DNA of 64,000 nt from an uncultured Candidatus Saccharibacteria bacterium (GTDB taxonomy: Bacteria > Patescibacteriota > Saccharimonadia > Saccharimonadales > Saccharimonadaceae), in the NCBI GenBank assembly GCA_964388235.1, contig CAYLXN010000001.1, positions 15,655-79,654 on the forward strand. The letters are read 5' to 3'. Positions 53,785-63,236 of the stretch are shown in pieces. The notes beneath the pieces were generated by a model that saw only the letters and a program-made list of their open reading frames with translations, made no database searches and was not told the origin of the DNA. Numbering within the stretch: position 1 is the first letter of the stretch; each line of letters starts with the position of its first letter. The position numbers were made by a program, and so were the translations under genes.

Positions 53785-54668
53785 TGCCAGAACTACCAGA
53801 GGTTGAAACTGTCAAGCGAGGCTTGGGTCAATTGATCATTGGCAAGCAATTTGCCAAAGTTAAATCTGACACAGCCAAGAGTTTTCCTAATTCAGAAACT
53901 GATGTCGAGGCGTTTTTGGTTGGGGCTAAAGTTAAGCAACTTCATCGGCGCGGCAAATCGATTATTACTAATCTGAATTCGGATTATAGTTTGGTGACGC
54001 ACTTGAAGATGACGGGCCAGTTGGTTTATCGTGATCCGACTGATTTGAGTCAGAATTATGGTGCTGGTCATCCGACTGATAGCTTGATTGGTGATTTGCC
54101 AGATCGATCAACGCGAGTGATTTTTAATTTTACTGACGGGACGAAGTTATTTTTTAATGATCAGCGTAAATTTGGTTGGATCAAATTATTGCCGACGGTG
54201 GAAGTTGATAATTTGCCATTTATCCAAAAACTGGGACCAGAGCCGCTTGAGGACGACTGGACGGCTGAACAATTTATTGCTCGAATTCGGCGGCGCGCTC
54301 GCTCTAAAATCAAACCTGCGATTCTCGATCAATCGGTGGTGGCGGGAGTAGGTAATATTTATGCTGATGAAAGTTTGTTTGTGGCGCGAATTCACCCCGA
54401 GACGTTGGTTGAGCAACTGACAGACGAGCAGTTGACAGCACTGCATGGAGCGATTAAAACTGTTTTGCAAAAAGGAATTGACGAAGGTGGGTCTTCGAGT
54501 CGGAATTATGTTGACGCCAAAGGTGAGCGCGGTGATTATTTAGATTACGCGTTTGTTTATGGTCGAACTGGTCAGCCGTGCCGAGTTTGCGGCCAGCCGA
54601 TCGCTAAAATAAAGGTGGCTGGCCGAGGCACGCATTTTTGTCCTGTTTGTCAGCCAAAAAATGACTAA
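53784..54668 (+). CDS. mutM: Formamidopyrimidine-DNA glycosylase
   Basis: MPELPEVETV N-terminus, H2TH region, and a C-terminal CxxC...CxxC zinc finger. Confidence 0.92.
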   Translation: MPELPEVETVKRGLGQLIIGKQFAKVKSDTAKSFPNSETDVEAFLVGAKVKQLHRRGKSIITNLNSDYSLVTHLKMTGQLVYRDPTDLSQNYGAGHPTDSLIGDLPDRSTRVIFNFTDGTKLFFNDQRKFGWIKLLPTVEVDNLPFIQKLGPEPLEDDWTAEQFIARIRRRARSKIKPAILDQSVVAGVGNIYADESLFVARIHPETLVEQLTDEQLTALHGAIKTVLQKGIDEGGSSSRNYVDAKGERGDYLDYAFVYGRTGQPCRVCGQPIAKIKVAGRGTHFCPVCQPKND

Positions 54669-55594
54669 TGTTGTTGGTGGTAGCTGGCGATCACGGGTTT
54701 TTAAGAGATCAAAAAATTCATGATTTGAGTCGGGAATTTAAGTTGCCAATTCAAAGACTGGCTATTGATAATTTAACTGCTGATCAATTTCGTTTAGAGC
54801 TTTCGAAGCAAGATCTGTTCGCTGAAAAAAGGCTGATTGTAATTAAAAATTTGTCGAAAAATGCTGATTTGCGTCAGGTTGGGCTCGATTTGTTTGAGCA
54901 ACTGCAAGCTGATCAAGATTTGGTGTTGATTGATGAAGAAGAAGAGATTGATATGCGGACTAAGTTTGCGAAAACAGTGAATCAGGCTGGTGTTTTAAGT
55001 CAGTTTAAATTACCAAAAGATTACGACGAAGTGGCGGCTAAAGATTTTATTATTACGCAAGCGGAGAAATTAAAACTCGAGCTGTCATCTAAGCAGGCGG
55101 GGCTGATTTGGCAGCGAGTTGGGGCTGATCCTTGGCAGCAAGTGGCAGCGGTGAAAAAGCTGGCTTGCTTGGGGCAGGCAGTGACTGACCAGCAAATTGA
55201 AACCTATATTGATCAAAAGCCAGAGGCGGTGGCGTTTAAGATTTTTGATCATTTATGGTCGGGCGATTTGTTAATTTTGGAGCGAGACCTGACCGCCTTG
55301 AGACAGTCTGGAGAAGTGGCGCCGCGATTTCTAGGTTTAATTACTAGCCAGGCAGTTAACTTGGCCGCTGTCAAAGCCGCCAACAGTCTGTCGCAGGCGC
55401 AAGCAGAATTGGGGTTACATCCGTTTGCGGTCAAGCAACTGTGGCAGCGGGCACAGCAGGTTAATTGGCGACAAGTAAAGCTTTTAATCAATAGCTTGAC
55501 AGCAATCGATCAGCAAACTAAATCACTTAAGGCTGAGCCGTGGGAATTGATTAATACGGGTTTGTGGCAGTTAGTACTGGACTTGAAAAAATAA
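54668..55594 (+). CDS. holA: DNA polymerase III delta subunit (HolA-like)
   Basis: Size, position and the N-terminal LF.EKRLIVIKN-type segment fit HolA. The match is of moderate quality. Confidence 0.55.
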   Translation: MLLVVAGDHGFLRDQKIHDLSREFKLPIQRLAIDNLTADQFRLELSKQDLFAEKRLIVIKNLSKNADLRQVGLDLFEQLQADQDLVLIDEEEEIDMRTKFAKTVNQAGVLSQFKLPKDYDEVAAKDFIITQAEKLKLELSSKQAGLIWQRVGADPWQQVAAVKKLACLGQAVTDQQIETYIDQKPEAVAFKIFDHLWSGDLLILERDLTALRQSGEVAPRFLGLITSQAVNLAAVKAANSLSQAQAELGLHPFAVKQLWQRAQQVNWRQVKLLINSLTAIDQQTKSLKAEPWELINTGLWQLVLDLKK

Positions 55595-55624
55595 AACACC
55601 CGAGTCGAGTCGGGTGTTTTTTTG
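55586..55624. terminator. Bidirectional intrinsic terminator between holA and rpsT
   Basis: AACACCCGA / TCGGGTGTT hairpin flanked by an A-run and a T-run. Confidence 0.7.
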
Positions 55625-55635
55625 ATTCTAAAATA

Positions 55636-56031
55636 TTATTTAGTAGCTTTTTTAGCTGGCGCTTTTTTGACAGCGGGTTTTTTAGCTGGAGCCTTGGTGG
55701 CAGATTTTTCAGGAGTGGCTTTTTTGGCTGGAGCTTTTTTAACTGGCTTAGTCGCAGTCGCTTTGGCTTTGGTAGCTGTGGCTAGTTTGACGTTATTAGC
55801 TTTAGCAATCTTGGATAAGCTGGCTTTTTTGCGACTAGCTGTGTTTAATTTCAATAAACCTTTCTTGACTGCCTTGTCAATTTGACTTTGAGCAGTGGCT
55901 AGGCCTTCTTGAGTGGGTTTAGTGGTGAAATTCTTAATTACAGCTCGCAACTCTCTCTTGAGTTCACGATTGTGATCGCGTCTTTTGTTGGCTTGTCGCA
56001 TGCGTTTAGTAGCTGATTTGATAATTGGCAT
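55636..56031 (-). CDS. rpsT: 30S ribosomal protein S20 with K/A/P-rich C-terminal extension
   Basis: The MPIIKSATKRMRQANKRRDHNRELKRELR core is followed by a tail of about 45 aa (KKAPAKKATPEKSATKAPAKKPAVKKAPAKKATK). Confidence 0.9.
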   Translation of the reverse strand: MPIIKSATKRMRQANKRRDHNRELKRELRAVIKNFTTKPTQEGLATAQSQIDKAVKKGLLKLNTASRKKASLSKIAKANNVKLATATKAKATATKPVKKAPAKKATPEKSATKAPAKKPAVKKAPAKKATK

Positions 56032-56228
56032 TTTTACCTTCCGTTAAAACTTTATATAATTAAATTTGACTGAAAGTAATTATACCCCAAAACTCTAAAA
56101 TGTAAAGCCCATTACTGCTTGAGGTGTAAAATTAAGCACAAGCTACTTGACAAAACAAAACTTTTTTGCTACAGTAAGATACATACCAATTTAAAAACAA
56201 AAAACAAATCTAAAAACAGGAACAAGCC

Positions 56229-58364
56229 ATGGATGAAAACGCACAACGCTCAAAATTAATTGAACAAGCCAAGCAAGCTAATAATATTTTAGTGGCGGTT
56301 AGTAGCAATCCAAGCGTCGATGAATTGTCGGCAGCTTTAGGTTTAACATTGATGTTAAACAAAAATGATCGTCGGGCAGTAGCGGTGTTTAGCGGCGAGA
56401 TTCCTGATGTATTGTCGTTTTTGAAGCCAGAAAAAACTTTTGACAAGAACGCTGATGGCTTGCGTGATTTTATCATTTCACTGGATCCGAAAAAGGCTGA
56501 CTACTTGCGCTACAAAGTAGTTGATGACATGGTGCGGATTTTTATTACTCCGAATAACACCGTGATTACCTCTAAAGATTTAGAATTTAGTCAGGGTGAT
56601 TATAATGTCGATATGGTAATTGCCGTTGGGGTGAGTAGTCAAGATCAACTAGATCAGGCTTTGCGTTCGCATGGCCGAATTTTGCATGACGCGGCGGTGT
56701 TCGCGATTAGTATTGGCAACCAAACCAGTAATCTAGGAACTGATAATTGGCACGATGCCAAGGCGGCTTCGTACGCGCAATTGATCGCGACTTTGCCAAG
56801 CTTGATTGATGCAGGTGAGGAAAATAACCAAGATTATGAATCGGCCATGGATAAGCAAGTAGCCAACGCTCTACTCACTGGTTTAGTGGCTACTACCAAT
56901 CGATTTAGTAACAATAAAACCAACGCGGAAATTATGACTTTGGCAGCTGAGCTGATGAAGGCGGGTGCTAATCAACAGTTAATCGCTAATCAATTAGCCA
57001 GTGGTGGCCGAAAGAAGAAAACTGGTTTAAGGACTGATAAACAAGGTCCGCAAAATCAGGTTAGTTTGCGATTAGATAAGAAGCAAGATCAATCATCAGA
57101 AGTCGAAGCTGATAATGACAATGCTTCGAAAAATAATAACCAAAAATCGCAAGTCGATAAGTCTAATAAGAATTCAGACAACAAATCAGTTGACAAAACG
57201 CCAGCTCCCAAAAAAGCCGAGAAGGGAGTGTTGAATATTAAGCAACAGCAGAAGTCATCGCCGAAGGAAGAAGTTAAGCAGGCTGACGCTAAATCAGAAA
57301 TTAAACCAGTTGAGGCCAAAACAACCTCAGAAGAACCCCCAAAAACTAAAGATATTGACCCAGCTAAACTAACCGAGAATGAAAAAGCTTTGGCTCGCAT
57401 GGCATCAGAAGGCAACAAGAATTTCACTGATTTGGATGAATATTCGCGAGAGTATATTGAAACGAAGCGCAACCAAACAGCTGACGATTTAGTGGCTAAA
57501 TTAAAACACCAAGAATTAAAAGTTGATCAACTTGAACCAGATTTTTCGCCGCAACCAGAAGTAGTTGAGCCAGTTCCAGCAACTCAGCCGCCAGTTCAAT
57601 CGCTGCAATCAGAGCCTGTCATGGCTCCGTTAGCACCACCAATGGCGCCTGAAATCAACCCCTTAGGGGAAATGGTGGCTAGCCAACCAGCTCCAATCGA
57701 ACAAAACATTAGTCCAGTGCCAATTGTTGCTGCTAGCGATGAAAAGATTGACCCCAATCAAGCTGCTCAAGAGCTGAATGCCCAAGCTGATCAGCTAACC
57801 GATCGGTTGCAGAAGCAGCTCGAAGCTTCAGAACAAAAATATACCACACCGGCGGCTAATCAACCAGTGGTAGAAGTGCCAAATTTTGCGGGACAACAGG
57901 CGGCGCTAGCCCCCGAAGCAATCAACCCACCAATCGACCAATTTACTCAGCCGGTCGCTAATCCACCAGCTGCTGCACCAACTGAAGTACCAATGCCGCC
58001 AATGCCACCAACATTTGATCCGAATAATCCAGCCATGCCGCCAATGCCGCCAACTTTTGATGGCTTAGAATCAGCAACTTCTCAATCTCAACCCAATCCA
58101 TTTAACCAACTGGTTGATCAAATGAATCAGCCTCCAACTGAGCAAGCTAACCAGATTGATCAGCCAGCTCTAGCAGCTCAAGCTGGGCAAACCGTCCAGC
58201 CCCAGCCCAAGCCTCAATCTGTTGACACCAATCCGTTTTTAGCTGATAGTAAGGCAGCTAGCGAAGTCTTAGGCGGTGGTCAAATGTCAAGCGGCTCAAT
58301 CGCCACACCATCAATTTATCCACAGCCTGACCCTGACAGCTCACAATTTGTTATCCCTGAATAA
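56229..58364 (+). CDS. Hypothetical protein: DHH-like N-terminal domain with degenerate catalytic motifs + long P/Q-rich tail
   Basis: ILVAVSSNPSVDELSAALGL resembles NrnA/DHH motif I but the Asp residues are substituted. No DHH triad was seen. The C-terminal 400 aa are low complexity, including PMPPMPPTFD repeated twice. Confidence 0.45.
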   Translation: MDENAQRSKLIEQAKQANNILVAVSSNPSVDELSAALGLTLMLNKNDRRAVAVFSGEIPDVLSFLKPEKTFDKNADGLRDFIISLDPKKADYLRYKVVDDMVRIFITPNNTVITSKDLEFSQGDYNVDMVIAVGVSSQDQLDQALRSHGRILHDAAVFAISIGNQTSNLGTDNWHDAKAASYAQLIATLPSLIDAGEENNQDYESAMDKQVANALLTGLVATTNRFSNNKTNAEIMTLAAELMKAGANQQLIANQLASGGRKKKTGLRTDKQGPQNQVSLRLDKKQDQSSEVEADNDNASKNNNQKSQVDKSNKNSDNKSVDKTPAPKKAEKGVLNIKQQQKSSPKEEVKQADAKSEIKPVEAKTTSEEPPKTKDIDPAKLTENEKALARMASEGNKNFTDLDEYSREYIETKRNQTADDLVAKLKHQELKVDQLEPDFSPQPEVVEPVPATQPPVQSLQSEPVMAPLAPPMAPEINPLGEMVASQPAPIEQNISPVPIVAASDEKIDPNQAAQELNAQADQLTDRLQKQLEASEQKYTTPAANQPVVEVPNFAGQQAALAPEAINPPIDQFTQPVANPPAAAPTEVPMPPMPPTFDPNNPAMPPMPPTFDGLESATSQSQPNPFNQLVDQMNQPPTEQANQIDQPALAAQAGQTVQPQPKPQSVDTNPFLADSKAASEVLGGGQMSSGSIATPSIYPQPDPDSSQFVIPE

Positions 58365-58365
58365 A

Positions 58366-59022
58366 ATGCAGTTACCTGACAATGGCCTAATTGCTGTCGA
58401 TAAACCGTCCGGCATCTCGAGTTTTGGGGTGGTGGCCAAGGTCAGGTTTCTTCTGCGCCAACAATACGATCGTAAGATAAAAGTTGGCCATACGGGTACG
58501 CTGGATCCGTTTGCTAGCGGCTTGATGCTATTGGTAGTTGGAGATTATTGTAAACAGGCTCAGCAGTACTCGAAACTTGATAAAACCTATCTAGCTAATA
58601 TCGTTTTAGGTAGCCAAACGACAACTTATGATCTTGAGGGGCGACAAAAGTTAATTGCTCGCAATCAGCCGTCGATTAAGCAAATTGAGGCGGTGATTGA
58701 GAATTTTAAGGGTAAAATTGAGCAACAACCGCCCAGTTTCAGTGCGATTAAAATTAATGGCCAGCGAGCCTATAAATTGGCTCGGGCAGGGGCGACTGTG
58801 GAAATGCCGAAACGGCAGGTTGAGATTTATCAGTTGGAAATTATTAATTATAATTACCCGAATTTGCAGCTAAAAGTCAAAGTCTCGTCAGGGACTTATA
58901 TTCGCAGTTTGGCGGTTGATTTGGGTCGTAATTTGGCTTCAGGTGGTTATCTGAGCGAATTGAGGCGGCTAGAAGTTGGCGATTTTAGGGTTGATGATAT
59001 CCAGTTATTAGTTGATTTTTAG
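58366..59022 (+). CDS. truB: tRNA pseudouridine(55) synthase TruB
   Basis: GLIAVDKPSGISSF and the catalytic HTGTLDPFASG are present. The start was moved to the ATG at 58366, since the longer ORF overlaps the upstream gene. Confidence 0.9.
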   Translation: MQLPDNGLIAVDKPSGISSFGVVAKVRFLLRQQYDRKIKVGHTGTLDPFASGLMLLVVGDYCKQAQQYSKLDKTYLANIVLGSQTTTYDLEGRQKLIARNQPSIKQIEAVIENFKGKIEQQPPSFSAIKINGQRAYKLARAGATVEMPKRQVEIYQLEIINYNYPNLQLKVKVSSGTYIRSLAVDLGRNLASGGYLSELRRLEVGDFRVDDIQLLVDF

Positions 59023-59052
59023 TTTCAGCTTGCTATAATAAGCGTAACTATT

Positions 59053-62000
59053 ATGGCATTACCACAAGAAGATTGGTCAGATGATAATTTTAGGCAACGG
59101 CCTAAATTACGGGTGGTGTCGGGGGATAATAATCCTAAGGAAGAGGTGGGAAAAAACCAGCCGCAGACTCCTAATAATGTAGTTAATCTTGATGATTATC
59201 GAGCCCGGCAAGCAGCGGCCTTGAGGCAAAAAGAAAGCCAAGCCGCCAATGATGCTCACAATCCAGGTTCGAGGCGCTACGAGAAAGATTTTGCTTTTGA
59301 CTCGAAGACGGGTAATTTTGATATTGAGGGGCGGGATTCTGAAGATGAAGCTGAGGCTGGTAACTTAGACGAGCAGGGTGATTCAACTGAAACAGCTCGC
59401 CAATTAGAAAATTCACCTCAGAAGCCTGATTCAACAGCAGTTAATTATTCTGATAAATCTCAGTCAGGCGGTGGCGGGGTGAAGGCTGCTGCTGCCAAGG
59501 GGGCGATTGATTATGCACGAGGTGGGGCAAAAAACTTTGGCCCAACTGGCATTTTGATTGCGATTCTGTTTTCGGCTTTGGGTATTGCCACGCCGGCCAC
59601 CATTACTTCAAGTGCGATTATGCAGGTAGCGGAGATCTTTGAAGAGCGGTTTAATACCCAAGCTAGTGGGATTGATAATCGTACTGGAGCCTTGAAGAGA
59701 AATAAATTTGCTTCAAAGATAAAGGAAAAAATTGAAAATTCCAAGCGTAAAAAAGAGCGTTTTGATACGATGTCGAAGGAAGATGTTGATCGCCATGGCA
59801 AGCAGTCGATTGAAGTTCAGACTACTGATGCTGGGACTGAGCTTGATCGAGCTGGCACTATTACCGATATGGAATTTACAGATCGTAACAAACAAGTAAC
59901 TAAAATTACTAATGATGTTGATTTTGACTCGAAGGTGATTAATGGTACCAATTATTCGATTAAAAATTCCAATCACAAAGCTCAAAAAGGCTGGGTCGGA
60001 GGAATGTACGACCGAATTTCGAGCAAGTTATCAACTAAGTTTAAATTAAGTCGATTAGGAATAACTCTGAATAAAAAGGCTGATCCCAATGCTAATAACA
60101 CTTCCGGCACAGGCACCAATAATCAAGGTGGACAGAACAACCAAGGTGGACAGAGTCAATCACCTGTGGATGAAGCTGTAAGTATAAGAGAGGGGATCGA
60201 CCAACAGATTGACAGTCAGGTTAATCCTGACAAATCAGGTGGTGGCTTGAAAGCTGGAAAAATTGATGGTGATACATCTCAATTAGACCCCAATCTTAAA
60301 GATGGCATTGATGCTGGGGTGAAAGATGCATCAGCTCTAGAGACTGAAATTACCGATATGGTGAAACAGGGTGATAAAACTATTGGGCCAAACCAAGGTG
60401 CTGATTTTACTGGCAAATGGGGGAAAACGCTGGATGGTCTTATGGGTGTTGGAGATAAAGTCGTGGCTCTGTGTTCAATCTATAGTACGTTCAGTACAAT
60501 AATGACCGATGCTCGTCTAGCGGTAGCGATTAAGTACGCTCGCTATGCGGCGACTTTCCTTGCTTTTACTGACACAATTAGATTAGGTACAGCCTCGGAG
60601 GAGGTGATTAGTGTTATTGGTAATAACTTAACTTTTAGTGAAGGTAAGGTTGATGCAAATGGCAGTTTAAGCTTGACTAAGAACGGTCTTGATTCTTATG
60701 GTTTTAATTATGCTCAAAAAGGCGAGGCTTCAAATATCCAAAATGATGCCTCAGCACTAAATCATGTTAATGCTCCAACGGGGGCTCCGGCTGCTTTCTT
60801 TGCTGAAGCCAAGGCTTTACTGGGGGCTAGTATGATAAACAAGCTAAACGATGCCTGTGGTTTTGTCGTTGATGTAGGCTCTAATCCTGTCATGAATTTG
60901 GTTGGTATGGGCGTTTCTGTTTTGTCTGCTGCTTCGCCTATTGCAGGGTTTGTAGCCGTTTTGGTAGATGTTGCAGTGGATAGTCTTGTTGGTCAAGCCG
61001 CTTCCGCGTTGGGTAAAAGTATGTTTGCAAAAGCAACTGGCTTGCCAGTAGGTAGCTTTACTAAGGGTGAGGACATGGGCAATGCCTTAGCCTCTGGTGC
61101 AGGCAAAGCGTTCAGTGGAATGGCACAGGCTGGCGGTAATGGTTTGATGACCAAGAAAGCCGCCGTAGCCTTTTTGATCAAGCAAGAAGAATACATTGCT
61201 GAACGAGGTAAGATGATTCGATCAGAGAAAAGTCCATTTGACCTCTCGACTCGGCACACTTTTCTTGGTAGTATTTTTAGCCAGTCGATGCCTTATTTAG
61301 GTAAGACCGCTTCATTGACGACAGCTGTTTCAGCTATTATGAATATGGGTTTTGCATCGATTGGTTCAGTTACGCCAGCTATTAAAGCTCAAGAAGCGGT
61401 GGCTTTACGAAAAAATGTCATGAATGCTTTGGAGCAGTGTCCTGACCCAGAAATGAAAGACGCGAGCGGTGAGTACCGGTTTGCGCTTGATCCGTTTTGT
61501 AATCCTGTTCAGGGCGTGCCAAATGAAGCTCTAAGCGGAGCTGCTAATTTTGATCCAAATGCAGTAGCCAACTTTATCTATACCAAAAATGGACATTATC
61601 AAGCAACTTATGATGCTGCCTCAGATCAATACAAAATTTCTAATGGTGGCAAAAAGCTCAATGGTAAGGTGGTAGATGAAACCAATATTATTAGTTCTTC
61701 GAATAGACCTTTGAAGCAAGACGGGGTTATTTATCAAGTAGCTTTGAAGGGTAGCGGCGAGCCAGCGCCTCGGTACAAGTATGTCATGCCAGTTGATTAT
61801 ACTTCGGCTGAATTTGATCCGACTTGCGATACTGCTAACGACATTCAGTGCGATCTATTGACTCGGCCTGAAGAAGTGAAAAGTGATGGTAAATCGGACA
61901 ACCCACTTTACGATTATTTGCGCAACTGTGTTGATCGGGGAGTTTACCCCTATGTTAATGGTATGAAATCAGATGATGGTGAATGGTTGGATGATGGTAG

Positions 62001-62613
62001 TAGTTGCCTTTTGGACACCGAAGAGAAGCAGAAATTTGCTTTGTATTTTGTTGATGAACGAACACAATGTCTGCTAGATGATGACAAGGAGTGCCAGCTA
62101 GAAGGTGAGGCAAGGAAATTTACTAGTGGGGCGGCTGGTGCTACTGCTGCCGCTGCCGGCTCGTCAGGCCCTGCCACTCTTGACCAAGCTCAAAATTCAG
62201 GTTGGGGTGGTTTTAGTAATGGTCAAATCCCGCCTGACAAGCTAGCACCTATACCATTTAAGACTAATCACAAGTTACATCCTGATGCCGCGGCTTCTTT
62301 AGGTTCTCTTAACGAAGCTTATAAAGCTAAGTTCGGTAAAGATATGTCCTTAACTGATAGTTATCGCAGTTACGATGCGCAAGTAGCTTGCCGCAGCGCT
62401 AAGGGCAGTATTTGTGCTGTACCAGGTACTTCAAATCATGGTTGGGGACTAGCAGTCGACTTTTCAGGTGGCATAAATAACTTTGGTACAGAACAGTATA
62501 AATGGATGAAAGACAATGCTCCGCAATACGGCTGGGTCCATCCACCGTGGGCAGAACCAGGTGGCCGTAATCCTGAAGCTTGGCACTGGGAATACGCTCG
62601 GCCAGTTCAATAG
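59053..62613 (+). CDS. Large membrane-anchored protein (1186 aa) with C-terminal M15/VanY-like zinc peptidoglycan peptidase domain
   Basis: About 165 aa of disordered N-terminus, one TM helix (GILIAILFSALGIATPATI) and a roughly 900-aa region of unknown fold. The C-terminus reads SYRSYDAQ...VPGTSNHGWGLAVDF...YGWVHP...EAWHWEY (H-x6-D...H zinc site). Confidence 0.7.
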   Translation: MALPQEDWSDDNFRQRPKLRVVSGDNNPKEEVGKNQPQTPNNVVNLDDYRARQAAALRQKESQAANDAHNPGSRRYEKDFAFDSKTGNFDIEGRDSEDEAEAGNLDEQGDSTETARQLENSPQKPDSTAVNYSDKSQSGGGGVKAAAAKGAIDYARGGAKNFGPTGILIAILFSALGIATPATITSSAIMQVAEIFEERFNTQASGIDNRTGALKRNKFASKIKEKIENSKRKKERFDTMSKEDVDRHGKQSIEVQTTDAGTELDRAGTITDMEFTDRNKQVTKITNDVDFDSKVINGTNYSIKNSNHKAQKGWVGGMYDRISSKLSTKFKLSRLGITLNKKADPNANNTSGTGTNNQGGQNNQGGQSQSPVDEAVSIREGIDQQIDSQVNPDKSGGGLKAGKIDGDTSQLDPNLKDGIDAGVKDASALETEITDMVKQGDKTIGPNQGADFTGKWGKTLDGLMGVGDKVVALCSIYSTFSTIMTDARLAVAIKYARYAATFLAFTDTIRLGTASEEVISVIGNNLTFSEGKVDANGSLSLTKNGLDSYGFNYAQKGEASNIQNDASALNHVNAPTGAPAAFFAEAKALLGASMINKLNDACGFVVDVGSNPVMNLVGMGVSVLSAASPIAGFVAVLVDVAVDSLVGQAASALGKSMFAKATGLPVGSFTKGEDMGNALASGAGKAFSGMAQAGGNGLMTKKAAVAFLIKQEEYIAERGKMIRSEKSPFDLSTRHTFLGSIFSQSMPYLGKTASLTTAVSAIMNMGFASIGSVTPAIKAQEAVALRKNVMNALEQCPDPEMKDASGEYRFALDPFCNPVQGVPNEALSGAANFDPNAVANFIYTKNGHYQATYDAASDQYKISNGGKKLNGKVVDETNIISSSNRPLKQDGVIYQVALKGSGEPAPRYKYVMPVDYTSAEFDPTCDTANDIQCDLLTRPEEVKSDGKSDNPLYDYLRNCVDRGVYPYVNGMKSDDGEWLDDGSSCLLDTEEKQKFALYFVDERTQCLLDDDKECQLEGEARKFTSGAAGATAAAAGSSGPATLDQAQNSGWGGFSNGQIPPDKLAPIPFKTNHKLHPDAAASLGSLNEAYKAKFGKDMSLTDSYRSYDAQVACRSAKGSICAVPGTSNHGWGLAVDFSGGINNFGTEQYKWMKDNAPQYGWVHPPWAEPGGRNPEAWHWEYARPVQ

Positions 62614-62649
62614 CTTGATTTTTCGGACTTGATATTGTAAGATAGACCA

Positions 62650-62916
62650 ATGATAAAGAAACAAACCAAACAACAGGTGATGGAGCAAACTCAACGTCAC
62701 AAAGACGACGTCGGCTCGCCAGAAGCTCAAGTGGCAGTTTTGACTGATCAGATCAAGACTTTGATCGATCATATCGATCAGAACCACCAAGACCAAAAAG
62801 CCCGCCGTGGGTTGATCCAAGCTGTTGGTAAGCGCAAAAAACTACTCAAATATCTTGAAAAAGTTGACTACGACGCTTACAAGCAGACGATCACCAAATT
62901 AGGTCTACGTAAATAA
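62650..62916 (+). CDS. rpsO: 30S ribosomal protein S15
   Basis: 88 aa (GSPEAQVAVLTDQIKTLIDHI...ARRGLIQAVGKRKKLLKYL). TTGATT-17-TAAGAT ends 6 nt before the ATG. Confidence 0.93.
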   Translation: MIKKQTKQQVMEQTQRHKDDVGSPEAQVAVLTDQIKTLIDHIDQNHQDQKARRGLIQAVGKRKKLLKYLEKVDYDAYKQTITKLGLRK

Positions 62917-62946
62917 GTAGCCTTATTTTCATCTCCTAATTGAGAT

Positions 62947-62975
62947 AAAAATAACACCCCTGATGGGGTGTTTTA
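62947..62975. terminator. Bidirectional terminator after rpsO
   Basis: AACACCCC-tgat-GGGGTGTT flanked by an A-run and a T-run. Confidence 0.65.
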
Positions 62976-63236
62976 GTTTATGGTTAACACGAAAAAATGA
63001 ATAATTTCATTTTTTGGTGTTTTTAAGCAGGCGTTGTACTTGCCTGCTTTGATCGACAAGGGGAGGACAAAAGTGCCATCAGCATCACTGCTGATAAAAG
63101 TGGCTACTTCTAACTTCCCTCCCTTTAAGATTCTTTCTAATTTCAACAGGAGTCTTTTAGACGACCCCAGCTCCTCGAAAGAGATGCTTCTTTCTTTGGA
63201 GGAGATGTTGACTTTAGGGTAAGCTAAGAGATTCAT
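62973..63236 (-). CDS. Hypothetical small protein (87 aa)
   Basis: AT-rich ORF with a 1-nt stop/start overlap with the upstream 125-aa ORF. Confidence 0.4.
   Translation of the reverse strand: MNLLAYPKVNISSKERSISFEELGSSKRLLLKLERILKGGKLEVATFISSDADGTFVLPLSIKAGKYNACLKTPKNEIIHFFVLTIN

Noticed and set aside
55564-55885. Two overlapping plus-strand ORFs (73 and 87 aa) rich in F/G/L/A
   Set aside because: They are antisense to the repetitive K/A/P tail of rpsT and span the holA/rpsT terminator, so they are artefacts of low-complexity sequence.
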